From a cyanobacterium endosymbiont of Braarudosphaera bigelowii (GTDB lineage: Bacteria > Cyanobacteriota > Cyanobacteriia > Cyanobacteriales > Microcystaceae): DNA of 32,000 nt. Each line of letters begins with the position of its first letter. The stretch's first letter is position 1. The DNA lies in assembly GCF_020885515.1 (NCBI RefSeq), contig NZ_AP024987.1:360001-392000 (forward strand), given 5' to 3'. Position numbers and translations under genes: made by a program. Of the stretch, positions 14,363-25,629 are shown one piece after another. Below the pieces are notes generated by a model. That model had not been told where the DNA came from and searched no databases. It worked only from the letters and a program-made list of their open reading frames with translations.

Positions 14363-14608
14363 GATACCTTTAAATAAGAGAATTAGAGAATAGTGGAAAG
14401 ATAAATTACTGAGATATCCTAGCATTTATCTTAAAAAACAAATGATAAAGTACTTACAAAGAAAAAATCACCATACTAACTTTTGATACAGCAAGATTAA
14501 AAATTTTCTCGTTATTATTAAAAACAATTTTTTGGATGGTAGTATATCTTACTACATAGTGCTAGCATAATTAGATTAATCTAACTTACAAAATATTTTT
14601 TGATTAAC

Positions 14609-14687
14609 TAATATGAATATATTAATAATTACAAAACATAATTATTAATATATTCATATTAATAATTATGTTTTGTAATTATTAATA
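14609..14687. repeat. Two overlapping perfect inverted repeats (mutually exclusive hairpins)
   Basis: Hairpin 1: 14609-14631 / 14639-14661 (23 bp, 7-nt loop). Hairpin 2: 14620-14651 / 14656-14687 (32 bp, 4-nt loop attc). All base pairs checked directly from the sequence. Confidence 0.9.
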
Positions 14688-14910
14688 GTTTTTTAAATAT
14701 TATTAGTATTAATATCTAATTTCTAGAAGATTAGATAAGAAATCAACCAATATATCTTATGTTTTTATATATAGAACATAGTAAATCAAAGATTCTTAGT
14801 TAATTTATATTATTCTGAGTACTGTCTTAAATATAGTACCTAACTTAAATAAGGTACTGCCCCAAAATAATAAATATTTTAATTATAATTTTTTACTTTA
14901 ACAATAAGAT

Positions 14911-16782
14911 ATGACTCTTTCTTCAGTTAATTACTGTGAACTTCAAAAACTTCTAGTAGAATCTTCAATAATAAAAGAAAGGGAAGCTGTTTTAGGTTTT
15001 ACTATTGATAGTAAAACCTCCAAGGATCTCGATGATGCTATATGGATAGAACCTTATCAATCGGGCGCTATTATTTCAGTACATATTTCTGATGTAACAG
15101 CATTAATTCCAGAAAGGTCAGAGCTTGAAAAGAAAGCATTAAAGCAAATCGAGACTAACTATCTGGCTTTATCTACAAATCCTTTATTCCCAAATGAATT
15201 GTCTGATAATAAACTATCTTTATTAGAAGGTCGCCCACGCTTAACTATTACTATTAAAATCACCTTAGACAAAGTAGCCAATATTAAAAATACTCAGCTT
15301 TTATCTACATCTTTAATAAGCATGAAGAAGTTTTCTTATGCAGCAGCAGATAAAACTGTTGAAGATATTTCTCAACCTTTATGCCAAATATTACGTTACT
15401 GTGAGTTGTGGGCACAGAAATTAGCAAAAAAAAGAAAAGATATTGGAGCATTTGGACAAAGTATTATTAAAGGTATTTCATTAGATGAGGAAGGGAGGCT
15501 AGTAGAAACTTCTATATATCTTTCACAACGAATTATTCAAGAATTTATGGTTTTAGCTAATACAGCTGTTGCTAACTTAGCAGAACAACATAAATTACCT
15601 ATTCTTTATCGTAATCATACATGTTCTGCAATTGCACCTAAAAATAAACTTTTAGTTGAAACTCTGGTTGCCTTAGGATTACCTACATTAATTCGCCAAA
15701 AACTTAAAAACTGGTTAAATTCTGCAAGTTATTCTCCTATTGTGATTAGTCATTTTGCCTTATGCGTTCCTGCATATACTCATTTTACATCTCCTATTCG
15801 TCGTATTGCTGATTATCTTAATCATAAGATTTTAAAGGCAATGTTTATCAAACAAAGAAAAAATCCTTACTTATTTGAAGAATTAGAAAAAATTGCTCAA
15901 TATATTAATAAAGAACACTTAAAAATCAAAGAAAAGCGTACTCAATATTTTCAAATAGAGTATTTGGAAAAAGTAACAAGTATTTTAAATGATCAAAATA
16001 AAATTTCTTTATTATCTGATAGAGAATTTTCTCAAATTCTTAAAGACAGTTTTAAGATATCGAAATTAGATAAAATTGCAATGGAAGCTAAACACAGGTT
16101 AAAACAAAGAATGTTGAAGCCATGTGATTTATATTACTTAACATTTGGCAAGTATCAAAACTTAAAAAATGAGAAGTTAATGAAAAACGAATTATTATAT
16201 TACTTTAAAGAACAAATTGTTTTAGCTACCCAAACGTTACAAATAGCTTCTACAATTTTGCAAAAAGATGTAAATTATATTGAAAAATTAACACCATCAG
16301 GACAATTTGTTTTTCGGACAGTTTTCGAAAATAAAACAGTACAAAAAGCTTCTATAGCATCTAATAAACAAGAGGCTAAGCATAAATCTAATTTATTTTG
16401 GATAGAAGGAAAATTAGAAAAAGCTTTATATTCTCCTACTACAATTGACCTGAATACTATAAAGAAAAATAACATGTCAAGAGTAAAATTTACAGCTAAA
16501 AGCAGAATTAATCTGATAAAAATTAGTGTAAATGCAATTGATAATTCAATTACTTACATACATACAGTTTTAAAATATATAAAAGTCAAAAAACCAATGT
16601 ATATGTACAGTAAAGTAGGTTTGAAGTGGGAGTGTTACTGTTATTTCCAATGGATCAATAATATTAATATTGTGACAACATCTATAGCAAAAACAAAGAA
16701 AGAAGGGAAAGCTAACACATCAATAAAATTAATGATTCATTTAGAAAATTACTTTTTTGTTACGAAAAATAATGCAGTTTAA
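14911..16782 (+). CDS. RNB-domain (RNase II/R family) 3'-5' exoribonuclease
   Basis: 623 aa; catalytic Asp cluster VLGFTIDSKTSKDLDDAIW, FAL...AYTHFTSPIRRIADYLNHKIL. C-terminal segment KWECYCYFQ...TKKEGKANTSIKLMIHLE resembles a dsRBD. Confidence 0.88.
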   Translation: MTLSSVNYCELQKLLVESSIIKEREAVLGFTIDSKTSKDLDDAIWIEPYQSGAIISVHISDVTALIPERSELEKKALKQIETNYLALSTNPLFPNELSDNKLSLLEGRPRLTITIKITLDKVANIKNTQLLSTSLISMKKFSYAAADKTVEDISQPLCQILRYCELWAQKLAKKRKDIGAFGQSIIKGISLDEEGRLVETSIYLSQRIIQEFMVLANTAVANLAEQHKLPILYRNHTCSAIAPKNKLLVETLVALGLPTLIRQKLKNWLNSASYSPIVISHFALCVPAYTHFTSPIRRIADYLNHKILKAMFIKQRKNPYLFEELEKIAQYINKEHLKIKEKRTQYFQIEYLEKVTSILNDQNKISLLSDREFSQILKDSFKISKLDKIAMEAKHRLKQRMLKPCDLYYLTFGKYQNLKNEKLMKNELLYYFKEQIVLATQTLQIASTILQKDVNYIEKLTPSGQFVFRTVFENKTVQKASIASNKQEAKHKSNLFWIEGKLEKALYSPTTIDLNTIKKNNMSRVKFTAKSRINLIKISVNAIDNSITYIHTVLKYIKVKKPMYMYSKVGLKWECYCYFQWINNINIVTTSIAKTKKEGKANTSIKLMIHLENYFFVTKNNAV

Positions 16783-17093
16783 ATAATTAAAAGGTTTTCT
16801 AGTTTATGTTTAAAACTTACGATTATGCTAAATACCAATCTAAATTTTAGAATTGATTACACATAAATAATCTTTATTATTTATACTCTTAAAGTACACA
16901 TTAAATTAACTTTTTAAGACATTAATTTTTATTTTAAAGTATTTTGACGTAATAGTTTTAAGAAAAAAAATTAGGAATAAGATTGTTAATAGGAATATGA
17001 ATAAGTGTTCCAAATAGAAAAAAAACATAAAACTTTGCATATGTCGCCAGTAATTTTATAGTAATATTGACTTTTAATATAATAAACAGCATC

Positions 17094-18257
17094 GTGAAAA
17101 AAATTTCAATTCTCGGTTCTACTGGTTCTATAGGAACACAAACACTTGATATCGTTTATCAGTATCCAGAACAGTTTAAAGTAATGGGATTAACTACTCA
17201 CTCTAATATAGAACTACTATTCGCTCAAATAAAACAATTCCATCCTGAGATTGTTGCAGTGGCCAATAAAGAAAAAGTAGAAAATTTGAAAAATATGATT
17301 TCTACTTTAGATAACTCTCCTATAATCGTAGCTGGAGATCAAGGTGTTATAGAAGTGGCATGTTATGGAGATACAGAAAGTATTGTTACAGGTATAGTAG
17401 GATGTGCAGGATTATTACCAACAATTGAAGCAATAAAAGCAGGAAAAGATATTGCTTTAGCGAACAAAGAAACACTTATTGCTGGAGGGCCTGTTGTATT
17501 ACCCTTGATAGAAAAATATGGGGTTAAGTTATTACCTGCAGATTCAGAACATTCAGCAATTTTTCAGTGCTTACAAGGTATAGATAATAAAGATTTAAAA
17601 CGCGTTATTTTAACTGCTTCAGGAGGAGCTTTTAGAGATTTACCAACTGAAAAACTTAAATTTGTAACAGTTGAAGATGCTTTAAAACATCCTAATTGGT
17701 CAATGGGTAAAAAAATTACTATAGATTCAGCTACCTTAATGAATAAAGGCTTAGAAGTAATTGAGGCACATTTTTTATTTGAAGTAGATTATAGTAATAT
17801 AGATATCGTTATCCATCCACAAAGTATTATCCATTCTCTAATTGAATTAATAGACACTTCAGTCTTAGCTCAACTCGGATGGCCAGATATGCGCCTTCCA
17901 TTACTATATGCTTTATCTTGGCCTAAGAGAATTCATACAGATTGGAAACAATTAGATTTAGCAAAGATGAGTAATTTGACGTTCCAAAAACCAGATTATG
18001 ATAAATACCCTTGTATTAAGTTAGCTTATGCAGCGGGAAAGGCTGGCGGTGCTATGCCAGCTGTTCTTAATGCAGCCAATGAACAAGCTGTCAAATCATT
18101 TTTAAATAAAGAAATTACTTTTTTAGCAATTCCTTATATTATCGAAAAAACTTGTGAACTTTTTGTATCTAATAATTCTTCTCAACCAACATTAGATGAT
18201 ATATTAGAGGCTGATCAATGGGCAAGAGGAACAGCCCTAATGCTCGTAAAGAAATAG
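17094..18257 (+). CDS. dxr: 1-deoxy-D-xylulose 5-phosphate reductoisomerase
   Basis: [111 protein letters not shown] at 17094 preferred over TTG 17067 because it places the Rossmann motif at the N-terminus. Confidence 0.96.
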   Translation: MKKISILGSTGSIGTQTLDIVYQYPEQFKVMGLTTHSNIELLFAQIKQFHPEIVAVANKEKVENLKNMISTLDNSPIIVAGDQGVIEVACYGDTESIVTGIVGCAGLLPTIEAIKAGKDIALANKETLIAGGPVVLPLIEKYGVKLLPADSEHSAIFQCLQGIDNKDLKRVILTASGGAFRDLPTEKLKFVTVEDALKHPNWSMGKKITIDSATLMNKGLEVIEAHFLFEVDYSNIDIVIHPQSIIHSLIELIDTSVLAQLGWPDMRLPLLYALSWPKRIHTDWKQLDLAKMSNLTFQKPDYDKYPCIKLAYAAGKAGGAMPAVLNAANEQAVKSFLNKEITFLAIPYIIEKTCELFVSNNSSQPTLDDILEADQWARGTALMLVKK

Positions 18258-18332
18258 ACATAAATTAATTATTCTAAAATAATCCGATCGAAATATCACA
18301 TATACTTTTTCATACTAAGCAAAATACATAAT

Positions 18333-18545
18333 ATGTTGCTTAATCTAATTATATTTATCACTTCTATAATAATCATATCAATAATATTTCGTTGGATTTT
18401 TACTGTTATTAAGTCTACATTCCTTACTTTAGTAAGTATAATAATAGTTTTAACACTACTAAAACTTACTTTTGATGTAGATGATCAAGAACTATCGATA
18501 AAAATCCAAAGCCTTCTCAAGATATTGCAAGATTTTTATAAGTAA
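18333..18545 (+). CDS. Small hydrophobic membrane protein (hypothetical)
   Basis: 70 aa ORF with ATG, two likely TM stretches (LIIFITSIIIISIIFRWIF; STFLTLVSIIIVLTLLKLTF), same strand as dxr. No recognised family. Confidence 0.55.
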   Translation: MLLNLIIFITSIIIISIIFRWIFTVIKSTFLTLVSIIIVLTLLKLTFDVDDQELSIKIQSLLKILQDFYK

Positions 18546-18668
18546 TGAATATTGACTTTAATTACGTAATCTGAGTAAATAATTTAAGTTAATTCTTAAA
18601 CTATAAAGCAACTGAAAATTAGTATAAAATATTAAATACAATATTCAAAGAAAAAAATATTTTATAGG

Positions 18669-18703
18669 GATATTTCTTGAACTGTAATATTTCAAGAAAT
18701 ATC
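18669..18703 (-). terminator. Candidate terminator hairpin downstream of asnS
   Basis: 13-bp perfect inverted repeat gatatttcttgaa (18669-18681) / ttcaagaaatatc (18691-18703), 9-nt loop, in the convergent gap between the small ORF and asnS. Confidence 0.5.
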
Positions 18704-18817
18704 TTAGTAATATAAGTATAAACAGTAAGTAATACTTAACTGCTTCTAATATGGTGTTGAAAATAATTCTAAATTCATAAGCTTGATAATAATATATGTT
18801 TAGAATTATTCAATTTA

Positions 18818-20209
18818 TCAAAATTCTGCATTTAAAGGAGTTCTAGGAAAAGGTATTACCTCTCTAATATTCTTGACTCCTGTCATAAATTGTACCATCC
18901 GCTCAAAACCTAGCCCAAATCCTGAATGAGGAACAGTTCCATATCTTCGTAGATCTAGATACCATGATAAATCTTCAGTAATAATATTTTGTGCTTGAAG
19001 TCTTTCTTCTAATATGTCTAGTCTCTCTTCTCGTTGAGAACCACCAATAATTTCACCAATTTTAGGAAATAGAATATCCATCGCAGCTACTGTCTTTTGA
19101 TCATCATTTAAACGCATATAAAATGCTTTAGTAACAGTAGGATAGTTAGTAACAATTACAGGACTTTTAAATACTTCTTCTGCTAAATAACGCTCATGTT
19201 CAGCTTGTAAATCAATTCCCCACTCTACTGCATATTCAAACAGCTTGTTAGAATTTTCTAGTAAATTAATAGCATTTGTATAAGTTATACGCTCAAACTT
19301 TTTATTAGTGATCTTTTCTGCTGTCTCTAGGACTGTTGAATCAATATACTTATTAAAAAATTCCATATCTTCAGGACAACTTTGTAATACACTTTTAAAG
19401 ACATATTTTAAAAATTCTTCTGCTACATCTTGATTTCCTTCAAGGTCACAAAAAGCCATTTCTGGTTCCACCATCCAAAATTCAGCTAAGTGACGAGAAG
19501 TATTAGAATTTTCTGCTCTAAATGTAGGACCAAAAGTATAAACATTTTGAAAAGCCATAGCCATAACCTCGGCTTCTAGTTGACCACTAACTGTTAAATA
19601 TGCCGGCTTGCCAAAAAAATCTTGCGTATATTCAGTGTTACCTTTCTCATTCCGTGGAATATTAGATAGATCAAAATTTGTAACTTTAAATAAATCTCCT
19701 GCTCCCTCACAATCATTAACTGTAATGATTGGTGTGTGAATTAACATAAATCCTTTTTCTTGAAAAAATTTATGTATGGCCATAGCACAAGAATTTCTAA
19801 TTCTCATTACTGCGCCTAATGTATTAGTACGATTTCTTAAATGTCCTATAGTACGTAAAAATTCAAATGAATGACGTTTCTTTTGAAGAGGATAAGTTTC
19901 GGGGTTTGAATCGCCATAAATTTTTATTGTGGTAGCTTTTAGCTCAATATTTTGATTTTTACCTGGTGAAGTAGCTAATGTTCCTGAAACTTCTACGGAA
20001 GATCCTGTATTTAAACGTACGATAGTTTCTTCATAATTAGAAATAGTTTTATCAAGAATAACTTGTAAATTTTTTAAACTAGATCCGTCATTAACTTCAA
20101 TAAAAGTAAATTCTTTCAGCTCTCGTTTTGTACGTAACCATCCTTGAATAGTGGCATTTTCATCAGGTACTCCATTATGAAATAAATCTTTTATACGTTT
20201 TGTTTTCAT
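18818..20209 (-). CDS. asnS: Asparaginyl-tRNA synthetase
   Basis: 463 aa; GWLRTKRELKEFTFIEVNDGSS, RNRTNTLGAVMRIRN, FGKPAYLTVSGQLEAEVMAMAFQNVYTFGPTFRAENSNTSRHLAEFWMVEPEMAF, GFGLGFERMVQFMTGVKNIREVIPFPRTP. Confidence 0.97.
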   Translation of the reverse strand: MKTKRIKDLFHNGVPDENATIQGWLRTKRELKEFTFIEVNDGSSLKNLQVILDKTISNYEETIVRLNTGSSVEVSGTLATSPGKNQNIELKATTIKIYGDSNPETYPLQKKRHSFEFLRTIGHLRNRTNTLGAVMRIRNSCAMAIHKFFQEKGFMLIHTPIITVNDCEGAGDLFKVTNFDLSNIPRNEKGNTEYTQDFFGKPAYLTVSGQLEAEVMAMAFQNVYTFGPTFRAENSNTSRHLAEFWMVEPEMAFCDLEGNQDVAEEFLKYVFKSVLQSCPEDMEFFNKYIDSTVLETAEKITNKKFERITYTNAINLLENSNKLFEYAVEWGIDLQAEHERYLAEEVFKSPVIVTNYPTVTKAFYMRLNDDQKTVAAMDILFPKIGEIIGGSQREERLDILEERLQAQNIITEDLSWYLDLRRYGTVPHSGFGLGFERMVQFMTGVKNIREVIPFPRTPLNAEF

Positions 20210-20629
20210 TACTTATTTAATATTTTATAAAACTATTTCGACTATATAGTATCAAATTTTGTTTCTAAAGCTGTTAATAATAGTATCTTGACTTTACAGA
20301 AATAATTAAAGTTATAAATATATAAGAAAAATGAGTATGGTAATTAAATCTGAAAAGTATTTTCTATAAATACTTTTCGCCCATAGAACTAACTTTAATA
20401 TGAATTTTGAATTATGAATTTGTGGTTTATGTCTTAGTTACAATGTTAAATTACAATAATGTATACTATTGATACAGTACATTAGTTTTATCGCTTAAAT
20501 TAAATATATATTTAAGAATATTATATTCTAATATTTTCAAGAGTAACTTCAATTAAGATAAAGATTTCTTAAATTTCTATTTTCTATCATCTATAATTAC
20601 TAAATTAAAACTTTTATAATTAATTCAAT

Positions 20630-21583
20630 TTAAGCCTCTTCCTCATGATATTCGACTTGTTTTTCCGAAATATTAACAGGATTAGGCGTATATGATTCCA
20701 ATTCACTTTTGTCTTCCCAAACATCACTTTGTTCTTCGTTGAATTTATTTTGCTTTTCTTTATAGCTAATTGATTGGGATACAATTTCTTCTTGTTGTAT
20801 TTCTTCCCAATTTGTCTCTTCGTAACTATTTTCATATTCTTGATAACGAATAGGATTTTTTTCTCCCATTGGAGACATAAAGGTTACTGGTTCTTCTAAA
20901 GTATTTTCATTCCACTGCTCATTTACTGAAGATCCTCTTGTTTGTACATTATCTCTAACAGGAGTCCCAGTACCTAGCTGATTCTCAGGTCTTGTTGTTG
21001 AAGAAGAATAAAGATAATCTTCATCATCTTTATCCCAAGGAGGTTGACTAACACCTAAGCGTTGTAAAAACCCCATAGTTAATTGTGTAAGTCGCTCTTC
21101 TGCTCCTTCAAAGACGATCAAGCGATTAGGACCATTGCTGACTACTTCATCCATTGAGATTTCATATGTACTTAATATTTGATCAGGAATTTGAGGGTAA
21201 CCTAATGAAGCAATAATTATAGATAAGACTTTACCTGTTGCCAAGTCAAATTGAAAATCTCGAACACGTCCTAGAGATTCTCCGGATTCAGTAATAACTT
21301 CACAATTAATCAAAGGAGAGTATAAATTAGTATCAATAATCTCAACTGCATGTTGGTTATCAACTAAAATGACATCACCTATTTGACAAATACTTGTAAT
21401 ATAAATATGGTCTGACACTCCTGAAATAGAAAACATATTATCTCGTAAACCAAGAGCAACTACTTCTCGTTGATCGATATCAACTAAAACTTCTTTAACA
21501 ACTCCTAATCTTTTGCCCTCCTCTCGAGTAATCACTTGCGTATTAACAAATTCGTTACGTAGCCTAATATTATCTATAGTCAT
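20630..21583 (-). CDS. PRC-barrel domain-containing protein with low-complexity Glu/Gln-rich C-terminal tail
   Basis: 317 aa; two PRC-barrel-like repeats (EGKRLGVVKEVLVDIDQREVVALGLRD; SGESLGRVRDFQFDLATGKVLSIIIASLG) followed by a charged, probably disordered tail. Confidence 0.82.
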   Translation of the reverse strand: MTIDNIRLRNEFVNTQVITREEGKRLGVVKEVLVDIDQREVVALGLRDNMFSISGVSDHIYITSICQIGDVILVDNQHAVEIIDTNLYSPLINCEVITESGESLGRVRDFQFDLATGKVLSIIIASLGYPQIPDQILSTYEISMDEVVSNGPNRLIVFEGAEERLTQLTMGFLQRLGVSQPPWDKDDEDYLYSSSTTRPENQLGTGTPVRDNVQTRGSSVNEQWNENTLEEPVTFMSPMGEKNPIRYQEYENSYEETNWEEIQQEEIVSQSISYKEKQNKFNEEQSDVWEDKSELESYTPNPVNISEKQVEYHEEEA

Positions 21584-22580
21584 TTTATCTTAAGTTGGAT
21601 TTTTAGTTTTTTGGAAATAGAAAAATTAATAACAGATATTTCAGTGAGATGATTTAGTCTTAATTTATTGATAATAACTTAAGCGTTTATATTAAGCTAT
21701 GATTTAAATAAAATGAATAATTTATTTATTAATCTATAAAGTAAAACTGTATAGATTGATAAATAAGTTATCTTCTACTCTGCAATGATTTTCTATACTT
21801 TTACTTCAACTATTATATTAACATTTATTATATTCTATTAATTTATAAATATAGTGTTATCTTTGATGAATCCTCATGGAGATTTTTAGTTTGTAAATAC
21901 TACGAAATATTTTAATAACTTATTTATTATGAAAAGATAAGTTATTAATTATAGTCAAGCAAGTTTAATGTTAGCGTTTTTTAGAGATTTGAAATATAGA
22001 GTGTGGAAATTTAGTATTTACATATAAACAATTTGAATTACAAAACTAAAAAAAGCTTTCTGTCTTAAAATTTCTAATTATTTCTGATAATATAACACTC
22101 AAGTTAAATCCATTAATAGTTCTCATTTATTAAGTAAAGTCTTTAATGTGTTTTTGTTTTATACAAAGTAAAAAATATTTATAAAAAATTAAGATATATA
22201 AGAAATATAAACTTCTAAGATAGATTAAGCCTTATTGATAGATTATTAAAGTATATATTAGCTAATATTTTCTGATTTAAAAACTATTTAGTAGTTATAT
22301 GTTATTTTCTTCGAACTTATAATGTTTTTCTTTTATTTTCCAAAATAATATTAAATTATTTTAATAGAAAAATTCAAAAAAAATAAATAGAATAAAACTA
22401 ATAACAACCTATTAAATATATTATTTTGGGCATGTTAAATTCATGTTGACCATTTATTTTATAATTTTTGAATTAGTTAAGCTAGAATGAATTTTAAAAA
22501 TATCGATTATTAAAAAAATCATACAGAACAAGTAAATTTTATTTGTCTTTTTACTTTAAATTTAGAGTCATTTACTTTAA

Positions 22581-23612
<1,032 letters not shown>

Positions 23613-24180
23613 TTTGTGCTATTTGAATAACATGAAAATATTGCTTAGAAACGTCTTTAGTAAATACTTGTGTTAGTAAAAATTTTTTATTTAGTATATA
23701 AACTAAAGAAGAATTACTTTTTATAGGTTTTTTAAACAGCGTAACGCGATATTAGTGTTATCCTAGCATTAAATATATTTGGAGAAAACTTATTATTAAT
23801 AGTTTAAAGTTTCAAAATGTTCATTAAGATTATTTTTGATATTACGACTTTGTGAATTAGTTTCATCATATTAAAACTACTGGTAATAAGTATATTCTTC
23901 ATGGATAAAAAAGATAATATATAATTTTGAAAAATACAATATTATTTTGACTTAAAAAAATAGAATCAATTATTTATAAGCTAAATAGTCATAAAATAAT
24001 GATCTCTTCAGTATTTTTGCTAAAATCTCTAATTTTTATATTGTTTAGTAGTATACTAAACATACGAAATTTGCATTACTAATGTTAGTTATCCAGCTAC
24101 TTTTACAAAAAGTAATTTGTAAAAAAATAAATTTTATCAGTTTTTAAAGTATTATTTAATTTTTATTAAAAAACTTTCTA

Positions 24181-25383
24181 ATGTCTAAGAAAACCTTGGC
24201 ATACTTGTCAGAACAGGAGATTACAGGAAAACGAGTACTTGTACGGACTGATTTTAACGTTCCTATGAAAGATCAATTAATTGTGGATGACACTCGAATC
24301 CGTGCAGCTTTACCCACTATTGAAAAACTTATTTCTCAGAAAGCAAAAGTTATTCTTTGTAGTCATATGGGACGTCCTCAAGGAAAAATAATTGATTCCA
24401 TGAGTTTAGCCCCTATCGCAATTCATTTGTCTAAACTTTTGAAAAAAAAAGTAATAATGTGCGATGAATGCATTGACGGTTCTGTTAAGAAAATTATCGA
24501 TAATTTAAAAGATGGTGAAATTGCTTTATTAGAAAATCTTCGTTTTCATAAAGAAGAAGAAGCTAATAATTTTGAATTTGCACAGAAATTAGCTAGCTAT
24601 GCAGATATATATGTTAACGATGCTTTTGCCTCTGTTCATAGATCTCATGCTTCCATTGAAGGAATAACACATCATGTAAAGTTTAATGTTGCAGGATATT
24701 TAATTGAGAAAGAACTTAAGTATCTTAATGATTATGTTAATAATCCTCAACGTCCTCTAGCAGCTATTATAGGAGGTTCTAAAGTTTCTAATAAGATAGA
24801 TATTATTGAAGCTTTACTTGATAAATGTGACAAATTACTTCTTGGTGGAGGAATGATATTTACATTTTATAAAGCTAGAGGACTCAACGTAGGTAAATCT
24901 TTAGTTGAAGATGAAAAATTGGACTTAGCAAGATCTTTAGAAATAAAGGCTAAAGCAAAAGGTGTAGAGTTAATAATACCTAATGATATAGTTATAGCAG
25001 ATAGTTTTTCTCCAGATGCTATTTTTGAGACTACAAGTATTAATAATATTAAAGATAATTGGATAGGACTAGATATCGGTCATCAGTCTATTAAAGCTTT
25101 TAGGGAAACTTTGAAGAATTGCAAAACGGTGATTTGGAATGGCCCTATGGGAGTATGTGAATTTGATCAATTTGCTATTGGGACTCAAAAAATTGCTCAT
25201 ACTTTAGTTGAACTGACTGAAAAAGGTACTACTACTATTATTGGAGGTGGTGATTCTGTAGCTGCAATAAATAAAATAGGGGTTGCTAACAAAGTAAGTC
25301 ATATATCTACAGGAGGAGGTGCTAGTTTAGCATTATTAAAAGATAAAATGTTGCCTGGTATTGCTGCTTTAGATGATATGTAG
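24181..25383 (+). CDS. pgk: Phosphoglycerate kinase
   Basis: 400 aa; [101 protein letters not shown]. Confidence 0.98.
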   Translation: MSKKTLAYLSEQEITGKRVLVRTDFNVPMKDQLIVDDTRIRAALPTIEKLISQKAKVILCSHMGRPQGKIIDSMSLAPIAIHLSKLLKKKVIMCDECIDGSVKKIIDNLKDGEIALLENLRFHKEEEANNFEFAQKLASYADIYVNDAFASVHRSHASIEGITHHVKFNVAGYLIEKELKYLNDYVNNPQRPLAAIIGGSKVSNKIDIIEALLDKCDKLLLGGGMIFTFYKARGLNVGKSLVEDEKLDLARSLEIKAKAKGVELIIPNDIVIADSFSPDAIFETTSINNIKDNWIGLDIGHQSIKAFRETLKNCKTVIWNGPMGVCEFDQFAIGTQKIAHTLVELTEKGTTTIIGGGDSVAAINKIGVANKVSHISTGGGASLALLKDKMLPGIAALDDM

Positions 25384-25629
25384 AAAATATCATAAACTCA
25401 ACATATTAAAGATCAGATAAAGTACCATAAAAAATAGTCTAGTTTTGCAAAGATAACTTAATCTTCCTTTTTACGGAATTTCTAACTGAATGATATACAT
25501 AAAAAAGTATAAGTATTAGTAAATAGAAAACGTAAACTAACATTTATACTTTAGGACGGCTATTAATAATAAAAGTAAATAATATATATTATTATTTTGC
25601 TAGACGAACTCATAAAATTATTCGTAAGT

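Noticed and set aside
14609-14687. Possible CRISPR or tandem-repeat array
   Set aside because: The repetition comes from overlapping inverted repeats, not regularly spaced direct repeats with unique spacers; no cas genes nearby.
16275-16475. 66-aa antisense ORF within the RNB gene; likewise 23033..23281 (gap1), 26081..26356 and 27302..27598 (leuS), 29809..30036 (helicase)
   Set aside because: Antisense shadow ORFs of strongly conserved genes; no independent evidence of coding.
20620-20835. 71-aa minus-strand ORF overlapping the 3' end of the PRC-barrel gene in another frame
   Set aside because: Lys/Asn-rich composition expected from AT-rich out-of-frame reading; the PRC-barrel frame is the supported one.
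22446-22465. Possible promoter TTGACC...TATAAT upstream of gap1
   Set aside because: Spacer is only 8 nt, far too short for a sigma70 promoter; treated as chance.
25575-25600. AT palindrome aataatatatattatt near the leuS 3' end as a functional element
   Set aside because: Short, purely A/T simple palindrome expected by chance at this base composition.
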